Assembly: GCA_016748015.1 (NCBI GenBank)
Contig: JAAOMT010000326.1
Coordinates: 42,430 to 106,429, forward strand
Source of the DNA: Geosiphon pyriformis uo1
Taxonomy: Eukaryota > Fungi > Glomeromycota
Reading direction: 5' to 3'
Length of the DNA: 64,000 bases
Shown: positions 28,459-43,698 of the stretch, in pieces
How positions within the stretch are numbered: position 1 is the first letter of the stretch
Layout of the letters: each line of letters starts with the position of its first letter
Position numbers and translations under genes: made by a program
The notes under the pieces: model-generated
Databases searched by the model: none
Seen by the model: only the letters and a program-made list of their open reading frames with translations
What the model was told of the DNA's origin: nothing

Positions 28459-29280
28459 TTAAGACTGAACTTCATCAAAATCCAAGCACTATTTGTTATA
28501 TTAAGATAGTGGTTCAAGATAATTAAAATGATCTGGTTTGAAAATTGTTGAAATTTCAGTTCTGTGAGCTTTCCAATGTATTGAATTTTTATTGAATAAA
28601 ATATTGAATTTTGTAGGACGTTTTCACAAGTGCTGAATAACTCATAAAGTTTAACTGCTGCTCTAAGTTTGTAGCAAGTATTTGTTGATCTAGCTGTTAT
28701 TTTGAATTCATTGTAAATTTGTTTTTATATAGTCTTAAGAGTAATGTTGGTTGTTTTAAGTTTCAGTTTTCATTTATAAAGTGTTTTTCTAATATAGAAA
28801 TATCTATATATAAAAGTATGTTTATTGTTCTGTTTATTGAGAAATAGTAGAAGTTTTTGTGAACTATGGCATTTGGTAAAATGTCAATAGGAACATATAA
28901 AAGGTTTTTTTTTAGTGCTTGCTTCAAAAGTTTTGGTAATTGAATTCCAGAATAACCTCTTGTTTTTCTTTTATAGAAGTGATAATTCTGAGAATTATTT
29001 ACTATTGGGGCTGTAGTTTTTTTCTAAATGTAATTAATTTGACTTCTATTAATCATTATAGATATGTCAAGAAGTGTTTTCAAAGTTAACATTAATTTTT
29101 GGAATATTTGTTAGATATTTCGAAAAATAATTATGATAAAAATGACTAATTAAATTTGAAAAAAAAAATAAAGAAAATTATTTTTGGGTAGAGTTTTTAT
29201 TTGTTTTTGAGTTTGAGTGTTTCTTATAATTATTTACTATTTTTTTGTTTTGTGTGTTATTAAAAAAATTATTGTAAAAA
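28459..29280 (-). pseudogene. D ORF3 (unknown helical protein), frameshifted
   Basis: YRYFYIRK..KLRAAVKLYELF..YIGKLTELKFQQF..LDFDEVQS*, aligning by eye with ORF3 of C, E and G. Confidence 0.65.
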
Positions 29281-29298
29281 TATGTTAAACTAAGTATT

Positions 29299-32200
29299 CT
29301 AGTTTGGTTGTTGTTTTATTATAATTATTGGTTCTAAATTTTGGGAAATATCTTCCAGATTAATTAAAGGGGAATGTATGCCAATTTGTGGAATTAATGG
29401 TTTAGAATTGTTTCTGAAATAATAGTGTTTCAATTTATTTCTATGTGCAACTTTTGCCAATACTTTGTTATCAAGTCTTAACTTGTATAATCTATTGTCT
29501 AAAATTTCGTGAATATAAAATGGTCCATCTTATTTATGTTCAAATTTTCCACTCCATTGTTTTTCAGTCTTAGTTCTGTATAAGAGAACTTTATTTTCAA
29601 CTTTAAATTTGTTGGTAACTGGTAGCAGTTTGTTGTTATGTCTTTCTTTTTATAAGGCTTAAGAATATTCAATATAAGTGGCTGCTATGTGTCTCTTTCT
29701 TTTCAATGTACTAAAAAGAGTGTAAGCTCTTCTTTGAAGTGTTTCTTGAAAAATTTTTTTATTAATTGGTTGTACTAGATATATTTCTACTATGAAATTA
29801 ATTGGCAATATTGCCATCTTTCTATAAGTAAGATCAAATAGTGTGTGTTTTGTAGTATCTTTTTTTAGTGTTCTGTATGCTAGTAACACTAATGGAATAA
29901 AAATATCTCATTCCTGCTCAAAATCTGTTGAAATTTTGGCTAATAATTCACACAATGTTCTGTTAAAACGTTCTACAAGTTCATTTGTTTAGGGTGATAA
30001 GATGATAATAAGAGTTTTTTAATATTGAATTGTTCACAAATTTTTTGTATCAAGTTGTTCACAAAATGTGTTTCTTAATTAAATAAAAGTTTAATTGGGC
30101 ATCCATGTCTACAAATAATGTTTTCATAGATAAAATTTGCTACTGATTTTGCATCAGCTCTTTGAATGGCTTTAGCTTCAGACTATTTGGTGAGATAATT
30201 TATTGTCACTACAATATAACAATTTTCTTGAGTTGTAATAGGTAATAATTCGACTAAATCAATTCTAACTCTGTCAAAAAGTTGTTTAACTTTGATTGGA
30301 TTTAAAAGTTCTGTGAGACAAGTTTCTTTTCTTCTTTGACAACTATTACAAAATTCTATATATTGTCTAATGTCTTTTTGCATGTGAGACCAAAAGTAAT
30401 ATTTAAGAGTTCTTTGAATTGTTCTATCTCTTCCTAAGTGTGCTGAAAAAAGATCTGTGTGCATGTTGTATAGAATTGTTTTTTTTTTATTTTCCTGTAC
30501 TAATCTGAGTAATTGGTTTGGATTTCTACAGTTTTTGTAATAAATTTTGTTGTGGTATATAAAATATTGTTTAGATTGGTGTTGTAATTAATGTTTTTCA
30601 CTTGGAAACCAATTTTCTGGTATGGTAAGAGTCTTCAAATAGTTTTTAAGATTGTTGTAATTTCTGAGATCTATTGTTGTTTTGTTGTTTTGTTGGTAGT
30701 AATAAGTTGTGGTGGAATTGTAAGTGGTGTTAATTTTGTCTTATTCTTGAGAGACTATTAACATTGGTGTGTAGTTTTCTTGATTTGTGGTGTACAATAT
30801 ATTTGTAGTCTGCTAGGAAATCATTTCATCGAGACTATTTGGCACTTTGTTTAGTTTTCTTTTTATTGAGCCATTTGAGGCCAATATTGTCAATTATGAT
30901 GTCAAATTTTTTTCCATTCCTCAAGTATTGTTGAAAATGTTTAAGAGCCCAAATAATTGTGGCAGCTTCTAATTCAGTTGAGCCATATTTGAGTTCTGTT
31001 GATTTGAGTATTCTACTAGCATAGACAATGATTTATTCCTGGCCATTTTTATTCAATTGTGATAAGATAACACCAAATGCTATGTGTGAAGCATTAGTGG
31101 CTAGTTGAAATTGTTTGTTGAAGTTTGGATAAGCAAGAACTGGAACTGTTGTTAATTTTGTCTTGAGAGTTTCAAAAGCTTTTTGTTGTTCCTTAGTTCA
31201 TTGGTATGACACGTTTTTGTTAGTAAGATAATTGAGTGGTTTGGCAATTTCTGAGAATCCTTTTATGAATTTTCAATTGTAAGAGGCTAATTCTACAAAT
31301 TTTCATAATTCTGTGGTATTTTTGGAAGTTTGAAAGTTTTTGACAGCACTGATTGTTTCAGAGTTTGGTTTGACTCCATCTTTGCTAACAATATGTCCAA
31401 GAAAATTTAGGCTTGTCTTTCTAAAGTGATATTTCTTGATGTTTAACTTCAATTTTGCTTTCCATAATTGTTGAAAAACTTCTTGCAGGTGGATAAAATG
31501 AGCTCTAAAGCTTGGGAAGTATACATTAGTGTCATTAAGATAGACAACTACTGATTGCTACAAGAGTCTTTTATATATAATATTTATGAATCATTGGAAT
31601 GTTGCTGGTGTATTGTAGAATTCAAAAGACATAATATTGAACTCATAGTTTCCTATTTGGGTAGTAAATGCTGTTTTGGGTCTATTTTGACTTGTCAGTA
31701 TCCACTTTCCAAGTCTAAAGTTGAAAAAAACTCGGCTTTTTCTAAAGCATCTAACATGTCATCAATTTTTGGAAAAAGATAGGCATCTCCAATTGTGACA
31801 CTATTCAATTGTCAGTAGTCAACACAAAATCTGATTTTTCTATTTTTCTTTTTGACAAAAACTACTGATGAGGCCTATGGACTTTTTGATAGTTGAATCA
31901 ATCTGTTATTGAGCATTCTCTGAACTTCTTCCCTAATAAATTGGTGGCTGGCAGGTGGTATTTGATAAGCTTGTTGTTGTTTTGGTGGAGCATCTTTTAT
32001 ATGAATTTAGTGTTAAACAATATCAGTTTTTCTAAGATCATTGTTGTCTTTTGCAAATATCTCTACAAATTCAGCTATTAGCTGTTTCAATTGTCTTTGT
32101 TGTTAAGGTTATAAGGGATTCATGTTGATTCAAGAAAGTTTTTCTTCCAAAAGGTAGTAATTCTCAGTAGTAGGAATAATATTAGGGTTAAGAAATAGGA

Positions 32201-35200
32201 TATGTCTTATAATTTCGATGAAATTAGAAACAATTTGAGAGTTTTCATCTTAGAAAATATTACTGTGTATAATTCCAATCTCTAATTTATTCAATAAGAC
32301 AATAAAATAATTATTTAAATTGTAAAATATAACTCAAAATTTTTTCATTCCTTTGGGAATATAAACATTTGGGATTGAGATTTCATGTTTTAACAGATTT
32401 GTTCATTGGATTTAAAGATTTGTTGAGTAGTGATAAATTTTGAGCAAGTGTAAATTTCATGATGTTCACCAAAAGATGAAATAGTAATTGGTTGAGGAAG
32501 TTGAAGAATCTGGTAAGATTCATTTTGTATTTTAAGAACTATGTTTACTAGAACTGTAAATTGTTTAGTTAAACCAAAACTTTGCATTCCTCTTTTACTT
32601 TTTCTCAATTGTTCTCTGTTGTTAACTGATTGTAAACTCGAAATGTTGATTAAGGGTAAGTAAATTGCTTGGGCAATTTTTTCTGCATGCTCAATTTTGA
32701 ATGTTTTTTCAGTTTTATTTTGTAGTATGATAGTAATGTCTCTAGTATATTCTGTATCTATAACTTCTTCTCTAATATTGATTTCTTTGCTTGCCAATGA
32801 TGATCTGGATGCAATTTGAACCATTGCTCTAGATGGAATTTCAAGAACAATTTTGAAATTAATTTTTGTTAAGAACTTTGGTTGGAGAACCAAAGTATCT
32901 TTTCTTGAATATCTTAGATCATATCCAGTATTAATCTTGTGTGCTTTTTTTGGTCTGATTCCTTGGCCATAATTGTCAAAATATTTAAGTTGTAGAGGTA
33001 ATTGATTTTCAAAAAGATAGATGGGAGTAATTGGTAGTTTTTCTACCAGTTCAGATACTTCAAATTCAATTTCATTTTCATTATTCTCATCTGGCAAGGG
33101 AATGCTAAGAGCATAGCATTTTAAACACTATTGGTTATCATAAGGCATAACACATTCTTCATATAATTGAATGTTTATTTGCTCTAATCATTGAATTTGA
33201 GCTTCTTTTGTTAAGTATATATAACTTACAATTTGGTAGTAGGTTTCTACTTCATCTTTATAATCAAATCCAGCTAATTCTATAGTATACTCAATGTATT
33301 CAGCTTTTTTTATTTGGCAAACATCTTCTTGGGTGGCTCTATTAATTAATGTTATTGCTAAGTCAAAAATCATTTCAGTATTATGAGAATAGTGATACAG
33401 TTTGTTGAGAACACTGTTGTATGCTGCATTGAATAGGGTTTTTCTTTTCACTTTTTCCAAAATTGATAAGACATATTGACAGGTTTGATCACATACTTCT
33501 CCTCTTATTGCAACATCAATCCAGTTGCATTCTTCAAGTAATATATCTCTATATATAAGACAAGGTGTGTTGTCCCATTTTCCACTTCTTTTTGGGAATC
33601 CAAATTGTTTTTTATGGCATGCTTTGCAGAAATAGCAGGTGCAAGTTTCATACTTCTTTTCTAGGGAAATACAGGCTCCCATAGATGAAAGCTTCTTTTT
33701 GCAATCTTTGTATTTTAGTAGAATGTATAGTGGTTATTTTCATGGTTCTGATGTGAAATATTGAATCTTCTTTCATTTTCTTGTTTTTTCAAAAATTTTT
33801 TGTTCTGTTTCCTCAGCCCAATTAGATGTTGATCCAAGAGCCATGTAGATTTCAGTGAGTAGCATTTTTTTCTTCTCCTCAAATTCGAATACTAGGGCTT
33901 TTTCTGATCATTTGTTGAAAATATCACAAGTAGCAAGTACTATAATGTATTGTCTTTGGTATGAGATTTTTAGTTTTTGAGTTTTCCAGTCTAAGTTTGC
34001 ATTGGCCTTAAGAAGCCAATCATTTCCAACAAGAGCTTAGTATTGGAGTGCATCCATAACTAGAACTTTGACTGGAATAATAATTTCATCAATGGTAAAT
34101 AAGAAGTTGTTAATTTCTCTTACTAGTGTCTTTTTCATACCATCTGCTGTAACAATTACTGTTTGGACTGGTCTGTTAACATTTTGATTGAGTTGTTGTA
34201 TTAATTGGTAGGTGATGATACTTCCAGTAGATCTACTGTCTAAAATTAATTGAATGGGCTTTTTTTCTATTGTAGCTTTAATGTACATGGCAGTAATAGC
34301 TTTTTGCTCATTAACTGCTGTATTGCTAAGCAAGAATAGTGATTTATTTGCTTCAAATTCGAATGAGAATATATCTGACAGATTGGCATTTTGGGTAATT
34401 TGGGCTGGTGGAATAATATTGTTAGAAGGATTTGATCTTGGTGCTGCAACTTCACCTTCAGAAAGTACAGTTTGTTGAAAATCCGAATTTTCTTGTATAA
34501 TTAAATAACTGGGTTGAGTGTAAAACTGAGTGGATCTTTGTTGAACAGAATTTTGAAGAACTAGTTAATTATTGGGGTTAAATCTGTTGTGGTTTGTTAA
34601 AAAACGGTTTTGTGGTGTGAATTGATTTTGTTGGACCAATCTTCTGGCTGGTACTTGATATTATTGAGTGAATGATATTTAATATTGCTGAATTGGTAAA
34701 GATTGCTAATATTGTTGCTGCATTAGTTGTGAAACTGGTTAATAGTAATTGTTTTGATTTTGTGGTCTTAGTAAGTAATAAGTTGGTGGTAGGGATTGGT
34801 AATAAAATTGTTGTGGTGAAGAGTAATGCTAATTACTCCTATTTTGTTGGTCTTTTTGTAATTTCTTGCAATCTTGTTTCTAGTGTTCTGAGATTCTAGA
34901 ATAATAACAATTTTGAAGTTGGTTGTTGAATGGTGATCCAAAATTGTTTTGGTTGTATTGTTATAGTGGTTAATATCTTTGTAGTTGTTGCTGCTGTTGT
35001 TGTTGGTTTGTAAAGTAGTTTTCAATCTTTTTTGTGAGTTGGTCTATTTTTTCTTTAGCTGTTGAGCTGGTTTTTCCAATAGCTAGGTTGACAAGTTTGG
35101 TATGGTTTGCTTTTTCTATTGCCATTTCATAGTTCTTTGCATGTCTAATGACAGTAGTTAGGTCTTCTGGAGCATGTGGACAAACTTTTTTAATGAGTTT

Positions 35201-36351
35201 GTTTTTTAATCCTGCTATAAACTAATCTAGCATCTGGGCATCGGAATAGTAGTCATTGGTTTCTAATTGTTGAATTTGTCTAAGAAGTTTATTGAATTTT
35301 TCAAGATAGGTTATGACAGTTTCAGATGTTTTTTGTTTGATATTGTGAAAGTAATTGTGGAGAGTAATAGAGATGTTGTTGTTAGTGAATTGTTGTAAGA
35401 AAGCATTTTTGAATACTTGCCAGTTTCCAAATAATTCTTTTAAGTTTTCAAACTATTCTCCTGTGGTTCCTTGGAGAAAGTATAAGATTGCTTTGAGCAT
35501 TTTTGCTGCATTCCAACTATTTGTATTTCCTGCTTTTTGAATTTTGTCAAGCCATTCTTGAGGACTGGTATCATTGTCTTTACCAGTGAATTCTGGAATC
35601 TTTGCAATATAAGCAGCTGCTATTTCTTTTTTATTTTCTGTGGTTTCTTCTGGTTTTGATTCAGTTTTGATTCAGTTTCTTTACTTTCCAAGTTTTCTGA
35701 ATTATTACTTTTATTTTCTTGTAAGTAATTAATAATATTGGTGCTTATTGATATGAGTTTCTGCTATTGAGTAAGATTTCTAAGTGACTGAAAATCTTTT
35801 GGTCTGAAAAAACAGTTAAGTGGTGAATTTGGTGTTTGTGATTGAGCAAGTGAAATTAGAAATGGTGTAATAGAAAGTAGTAATTTGACACTGGTTCTTT
35901 GTTCAAGTGTTTACAAGTATTTGGCAATTGTCTTTGGTAGTATTGGAGTGTTTGGAGTGGTTTTTGAGTATTGGTTTACTTTTTGTTTGTCTTTGTTGCT
36001 TGTTTCAGTTTTTAATTTAAAGTCAAGGAAGTATTTAGACTGTACTAAATATGTTTCTTCACAATACTTGATAATATTAAAATTAAGTTTTTGGAAGTAA
36101 ATGACAAGTGTTTCACTATTAAGGTCTTTAGTTCTCAACTGTAAATAGTGCACTAAATTATTGTAAAGGTTGCTTCTAACTTCTGAAATGTTGTAATCTC
36201 CAAGAAGATAATTGTTGATACAGTTTTCAATGTATTAGTAAAGTGTCTTTTTAACAATTTCAATTCCATCTGGGATGTTAAATTTCTGCTTGCAATGGGT
36301 GTAAATTGACTGATAATACTCTAGAGTTGTTGTGTCTGGTGTGGTTGCTAC
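29299..36351 (-). pseudogene. pol: D gag-pol: gag, PR, Cys-rich domain, dUTPase, RT, RNase H, IN
   Basis: AYIAKIPEFTG (CA); LILDSRSTGSII (34037-34333); YFCKAC..PCL..VCDQTCQY (33188-33682); TGYDL..ASRSSLA..VIDTEY..KIAQ..RGMQSFG (32390-33097); HHCC and IDLV (30183-30464). Confidence 0.92.
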
Positions 36352-36396
36352 TTTGAAGTTGTTATTACTGTATTATTTCTATAGAAGAGTATCAAA

Positions 36397-37367
36397 TGTT
36401 ACCGAAGGTTTTTGGTCTCTTTTTTTGAATGCTGTTAATGTTGATTTGCTGTGAATTCACGTTTTTAAGAAGTAGTTGGATCTCCAGTAACTGAATTTAT
36501 CTTCAAATTATCTCCTATAATTTGAATTGCTGAGCTTATAAGTGAAATGGCCAATTTTGTGCCAGTTACTTTGTGTAATTATGTTGTAGTAAATGTCAAC
36601 TCTTTTCCAGAAATTGCTTATCTGAAAGCTCATTAAAAATGTGTAGTTACTTTGCTGTGAAAGTCAACTCTTCTACAAAAATCTTATTTATAGGTTACTT
36701 TAATGATTATGATAAGAAAAAAATAAAAAAATAAAAAAAATGTAAAAGAAATAAAATTCTGTTAAGAGAAACGTTTTCTATTCAGACCTGGAATTACTAA
36801 CAGTTTATTAAAATTGATAGCTAATCAATTTCGAAATGTTAGTTGGGTTTGAGAGAATTTTAAGTGTAATAATTTAAGAATTTGGTTTTTGAATATTTAA
36901 TTTTTATTTGAATGTGTAAAAGATGATTTGTTTTAATTAAGATATCTAAAGTAATACACTATGTTAAGATACTATAAAAAGATACATTTTCTTGAAGAGA
37001 AAGACTCTTCTTTTATACAACTTGTTGTAGTATTAGTCTTTGAACTTGTACTTTTCTTTTTGCTATAATTTGGATGAACAAAAGATACATTTCGGCAAAC
37101 TACAAGTTATTTTACTGAACTATTGATTATTTCGGACAATTTTTATTAATTTCAGCAAATTTTGACTATGTTAAATAGTTCAGAGTATTGTGTAATTTGA
37201 TTATCTTAATTTCTATTGTACAAATCGGATTATTGATTAAGTAATAATATTTGATAATTTGATTAAATAATAAGTAATAATCAAAATAATAATAATATAT
37301 GCTAATTAATAATAAAAATTATGAAAGTAATTTCATGCTATTTAATAGCTAAATTTTACTGGTAACA
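36397..37367 (-). repeat. 5' LTR of D (~970 bp)
   Basis: TGTTACC...GGTAACA; repeat of the split 3' LTR. Confidence 0.95.
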
Positions 37368-40300
37368 GCGGCCACTTCAAACCAAATGGCACCACACCAG
37401 CTTCACTAATCAAATTTAAGAAAGAAAAAGAAAAACCTACTTGAGAAGCCTATCAAATTTCATGGTCCAATAACAACCACAATGAACTACTACCAATTTC
37501 GACCTGGGAGGAAAAAAGAAAAAAAAAGAGCAGAAAAAGAAAGAAGAGTCAACACAAGTGACTACCTCTATATATATTCTATACACCACACTATCTCAAA
37601 CAAATTATTGTTAACCCAAGCTCATATGTGTTGATTGTGGCAAAAAATTGTCTACAATGGGCACATGTTGTGGCAATGACAAAGAATGACCAATGGCAAT
37701 TAAATTTTACTGCTGTTCATGCATCCTTAAATGTTTTGGATAGCCCAAATAACAAGGAAAATGAAATAACAAACCTTGTTTAGTATGTAAAACCATTTTA
37801 TCTAACAAAAAAATATGGAATGACATTCCAAGGAGAAGAAAAACATGCAACAAATCGTGTTAATACACAATTCTTATTAATGACTAAATACAAAAAAAAA
37901 CTTCAATCAACAATGCTTAGAAGTGAGCACTATAACAATTGGAAGGGTACTCATATGACAAACATGAAATCTGAAGAATAGTAAGTGCAAAAGCAAAAGG
38001 AGCTTTAACTAGTGAAATACTAAAAATCAAAAACAATCTACTTACCCTTTCTAAACCCAAATATATTGTAACTGTGGACATTTTTAATGACAGCAAAGAC
38101 AATTTTAAGCAATTCTACAAACACTACCAGAACCTAGTGCCTACCAGAGAAGAACAAAAACAATAGTTGGAACAGTTGAATACCTAATTATGCAAACATT
38201 GTTTGATTCCAAGCAACTTTAAATATTATGATAATTGTGATATTGTTTACAATCCACCACCATGCATGATTTATATGATTTTCAAAGAAAAGAAACCAAT
38301 TAGCAACTGTGCATCAAAATTGGAATTACAGTTCAATTCTGATTTAAACTCTGACAATAATAATGACAACAATAGTTCTAGCTCAGTTTTAAATAGCAAT
38401 AACAACAATGATGATTCAAACTCTAATTCAAACTCTAAACAATACATTACACTTTTTGATCTCTCCAAAGAACAGGAACTCAAATGGTTCAGTGATAATG
38501 ATGAGAGCATCATGCCAGAATGAGTGTATAATACTAATACAGAATTTAATCTGAGATATCCTAGAAAAGAAGCCATTAAATTGGAACCACATTCACACAC
38601 CTGTATTAATTTAAAGATAGCACTAAAAATTCCAGCTACAACAATAGTTTAATTAGCATCAAGAAATAGTTTAGCAAAAAAAAAAATTAATATAAAAGAA
38701 GAAATAATTAATACAGGATATGTAGGAAATATTATTGCAATACTACAAAATGACTCAAAAAAAGCCTATATTATAGAGCCAAATAAAAAGATAGCACAGA
38801 TAATATTCTTGTTTCTAGTTAAAATAGCTCAGTTAATATCAGTAGGAAACAGGAAAGAATTAGGGATTATAGCTAGAGAAATAAGTGGATCAGATTCATA
38901 GGTAGAATAAATATACCAGTTAATATAGCAGAGAAAAAAGTTGTTAACAAGAAAAAAATTATTTCCACCTATCAAACAGTTTCCATTCTGCCATATGACC
39001 AGTATATGTTAACTATAGAGAGAAAAGTGAAGGATCAAGTATAGATATTTGAAGCAAAAGTAATTCTTTGTGAATCAGAAGAAATTGGGCTTACCAATCT
39101 TTACATACCAGCCAAAAGCCCCAAACACATTAAAATTCTTATCTACAACACAACCAGAGATGTTATTGAAATACCAAAAGAAATCACCATTGGATATTTA
39201 AGTATCAAAGTTGAAAACCAACTACCAACCACTATTTTAGACTTTCTACAGCTTTGCAAATATGTGAATATTACATCACAAACCATTTACAGACAAAGTA
39301 AATATTATTTACTTTAATCAGAACAATTGAAACAGATAAACTTAAAAAATTTAGACCCACTACAATGAATGCAGCTCAAGATATTATTTAACAACTTTAA
39401 TAATATTTTTGCCAATGAAAATAAATTTGGCCATATTGATATTATCTAGCATTAGATTAAGACTAGTAATGTGATGTCAATAAAACAATAAGCATACAGA
39501 GTACCACCAGCCAGCCATAAAATCATCCAACAGGAAATCAATTAGATGCTAAACAATAAGTTAATTCAACTATCTATAAGTCTATAGTTATTACTAGTAG
39601 TACTAATCCATAAGAAGAATGGAAAAATTTGCTTTTGTGTAGATTATAGAAAACTCAATGGTGTAACTTGTAGAGATAGCTACCCAATTTTATAGATCCA
39701 AAAGCTATTTGATGCTTTTAGAAGAAAAAAATGGTTCTCAACACTAGATTTAGACAGTAGTTATTGGCAAGTAGCCATGAATTCAGCTGACAAAGAGAAA
39801 ACTGTATTCACCACAAGAGAAAAAAACTTTGAATTTAAAATAATGCCATTTGGTTTGATGAATGTTCCAGCCATATTTCAATGGCTAATAGAAATTGTTT
39901 ACACAAGATTGCTATAAAAATCAGTAATAGTCTACTTGAACAACACCAATGTATTTTCAAAAACATTTGATGATCATCTATATCATCTTCAGCAAGTGTT
40001 TGAAAAATTGAAAAGAGTTGGACTGAAGTTAAATGCCACCAAGTGCTTCTTCAGAAAAACAGAATTAAAATTTTTGAGATATATTATAAGCAAAGATAGC
40101 ATCAAAACAAATCCAGACAAAATTAAAATAGTTAAAAACTTTTTAGTGCTCACCAACTTGACCAAACTATGAGCATTTTTGGGATTTGTGAGTTACTATT
40201 GCCATTTTATCAAAAACTTTTCTAAACTGGCTCAATCATTACACCAGCTCTAAGCAAAGTACACCAAGTATAAATGAACAAAAAACTAGCAAAAAGCTTT

Positions 40301-42148
40301 TAACATATTAAAAAAAAAGCTTATTCAAGCTTTAGTATTGATCTATCCAAATCACAACAAACCATTTATTATCACCACCAATACATCAGATCAAGCATTG
40401 GGAGCAGTACTATCTCAGAGAGAACCAGATAGAAAAAAACATCTAGTAATATATACCAGCCAAAGTTTGAGTCCAGCAGAAAAAAACTATAGAATATTAG
40501 CACTAAAACACTTAGCTATTTATTAGGTAGTCATGAAATAAAAAAATACTTAAGCCAGAAATTTAACATATACACTGATCACAAAGGATTGACATCAATC
40601 CAGAAACAAAAATTTGGAAATAACTGTCATGCCAAATAGAAAATAAAACTTTCACTATTTAAATATACAATATATTATAAAAAGAGAAAAAAAAATAAAA
40701 ATGCTGATGGTTTGTTGTGAATAAGACAAATTTAAGAACATTTCAAACCAAAAATATAACAAAAGATGAATATACAAAAATATTAACAACTCCAATATTA
40801 TATAAATACTTAACAGTTTAAAGAGAAATTATTTTAAAAAGAATGAAACAACATCAAACAACAATTTAAATATTTTATCACTTACCAAAATATACTTTAT
40901 AGGAAGAACAAAAGAAATCTAGATCAACCAACCAAAGTAATTACAGAGCCAGAGAAAGAGGCAATATTGTTCAACATGTATTCAAATCCAATAGCAAAAC
41001 ATTTTTACAAAAAAACAACCATGGAAAGAGCCAAAAAACAATATTATTGGCCATTAATGTACCCAGACATTATCTAATATATTTAAAATTGTGATGCTTG
41101 TCAGAGAAAAAAAGAAACAAAACCAAACAAACTATTAAGACCAATCAAAGTAGAACAACTATTTGATCAAATTAGAATTGATTTAGTTAGACTATAAACA
41201 ATTACCAGCAGAGGCAACAGATATATTGCAGTAGCCATGAATTATCTTACTAAATGGCCAGAAGCAAAAGCCATTCAAAGAACAGATACAGAATTTATTG
41301 CTGAATTCATTCATCAAGATCTGATTTGTTAATACAGATGTCTAAAAAAATTACTATCTGACCAAGGAACTCACTTTGTAAATAGAACATTAACAGAATT
41401 AAGTCAAAGATTTGGAATTAAAAAACTATTATTATCACTATATTATTTACAAACAAATGGCTTAGTTGAAAGATTCAATAGAATATTGTGTAAAGCAATT
41501 GCCAAAATTAGTTAAGAAAATCAAGACAAATAAGATTTGTTTATACCATCAGTATTATTTGCTTATTAGACAATGAAACAAGACACTACACAAGCAACAC
41601 CATTTGAATTAGTATATGATAGAACAGCAACATTACCAATAAAGATAGAAGTTAATACATATTCAATTAAACCAATAACAAAAGACAATTTACAAAAAAT
41701 ATTGTTAAAAAGAACATATGACTTAATAGAAACACTAGAAAACAAATAGTAAAAAGCAGCTGATAATATTTAAAAATTACAAAAAAAACAAAAAAAAAGA
41801 CATGATAACCAATTACCAGATAAACCAATTGAATTCAAGATTGGAAATAAAGTACTTTTATATTATATCAAAGTGGAAAAACAATAAAATAGAAAATTTG
41901 ACCCCAAATGGGATAGACCATTTTACATAAAAGAAATTTTAGGAAATGAAGCTTATAAATTAAGATAAAACAACAAAATCTTAGCCAAAGCAGTATATGG
42001 TGATTGACTGAAATCATATTACCATATAGTATTATCATCTACTAATAATATTCCACAACTGAAAGTACAATGAATACTAGTCCAACCAGATGAAATTTCA
42101 TGAAATCTAAAACCAATCATAATCATTGAACCAGACACATCAAATTGA
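37368..42148 (+). pseudogene. pol: C pol continuation: Cys-rich domain, dUTPase, dUTPase-like, RT, RNase H, IN
   Basis: Colinear with G 50910-55874; dUTPase ~38480-38905; YLNN (eroded YLDD) ~39933; NTSDQALGAVLSQ (RNase H); IN ~40770-42148. Confidence 0.92.
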
Positions 42149-42823
42149 ACAACCAAAAGAGTATATAAAAACATGATATACATAACAAAAACAACAAAAA
42201 AAATAGAAATACCAGACCATATTCACACTTTAACTTAACAATTGTTTCAGACCTTAAGTTAACAGCAATTAAACATAGAAATTGTCATCAATTACCAAAC
42301 AATCTGTTATCAAAACACCAAACAAAAAGAGAAAAGTACATCATACCAGTCACCACTGAAACAATCAATAAACTGGTCAGATAAAATAGTAAAGAAAATA
42401 AAAAAAACTTTTGGGAAAATAACCATCATGGTTCCAGCAGAAGAACTTTCAAAAGAAAATTGAAAACAATGAACAGAACAACTTCTAATATTATACTGCT
42501 ACTATTAGTTGGAACAAAAGTTATATCTTGATAAATCCAAAAGGATATTTAATTAAGAGATAATACAGAACATTGAAAACATTATTGGAAAAAAAACAAA
42601 TCTAACACTACACATTAGAACAATCTATTGACTACATATGATATTTCAAAATTATCCAAAAATATTGTTACACTCCAACATAGAGACAATCACTATTAAC
42701 CAATAGAGAAAAATAAACAATACACAAATTAAAGAGATAAAAAACAAAGTTGAACAAACAGTATTAAAAAAAGAAGTATTAAACCTAATTCAAAGTAAAG
42801 ATTTTAATGGAGCTTAATATTAA
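42149..42823 (+). pseudogene. C ORF3 (unknown helical protein, ~225 codons)
   Basis: QLFQ..IEIVIN..YCYY*LEQ..RTIY*LH..TITINQ*RKINNTQ..KDFNGA*Y*; frame kept throughout, stops only. Confidence 0.75.
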
Positions 42824-42836
42824 AAAGAGAAGATAA

Positions 42837-43698
42837 TGTTACTTATAAAAAAACATAAAAAGAAAATAATAGGAAAAACAGATAGACCAATAGAAGAATA
42901 ATAGTTAGCACATAAGCACATTGCTTAAGCAATATGGAGCAATATCAGAAATTACAGCACATTGCTTAACAATATAGAGCAATGTTAGAAAAATAGAGCA
43001 TATTGCTTAGCAATATGAACATTGCTCAAGAAATTATAGCATATTGCTCAGAAATATGAGCAATTTCATAGAACTTAAATTATGTATATATAGTAAGAGC
43101 ATTAGAAACAGAAAAGACAGATCTTTCAGTTTAGATTTTATCTAAGCAACCCTTTACATTACAAATATCAATAAATAATTATTCACTATCTTAATTTACT
43201 TTCCACTATTAACACTTTATGTTAATAGTAATTTATATTTGATCATACTGGACCAATAGCTCTTGATCATGACTATTGATGAGATATTAACTTACTATTA
43301 TCTTGGCTTATTTCTTTATTGTTTTTATTTTCTTTTATTTTTCTTTATTTTATTTTCTTTTGTTGTTGACTAATTGATTGAAAATTAAGCATTGAATTAT
43401 TAATGTCAAAAATAGTCTGGTAAAAAACCCAGAAATAAGAATAAAATTATATATATATTAATAGATAACTTACCAAAAAGGCATGACTGCTAGAATAAAT
43501 CCAGCTACAAAACTGAAAAAAAAATTAGATGGAATTGCAATTTTAAGAAGCTACTATAATCAACACTAAATTTCTGTTTATTGTACAAAGAACTTCACAA
43601 CAAAACCTTCAGATATTACCAACATTAATATATATCAATTGAGCACCAAGTTATGGGTTTGTTATTTGATTTAAGACCCTAAATAATTACTTGTAATA
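42837..43698 (+). repeat. 3' LTR of C
   Basis: Direct repeat of 13638-14480, preceded by a purine tract and followed by the TSD ATAG. Confidence 0.95.

Larger units (their letters stand above)
17598..37367 (-). mobile_element. Ty3/Gypsy element D, inserted in C; its 3' LTR is split by E
   Basis: 5' LTR 36397-37367; 3' LTR 17598-18478 plus 28353-28447; TSD GTGG (17594-17597)/GCGG (37368-37371); eroded PBS TTTGATACTC; PPT 28451-28460. Confidence 0.95.
13638..43698 (+). mobile_element. Ty3/Gypsy element C (~10 kb own sequence), split by nested D and E
   Basis: LTRs 13638-14480 and 42837-43698; TSD ATAG at 13634-13637 and 43699-43702; PBS; PPT ~42822-42833; pol rejoins across 17597/37368 as VPVMCG|HFKP. 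Confidence 0.95.
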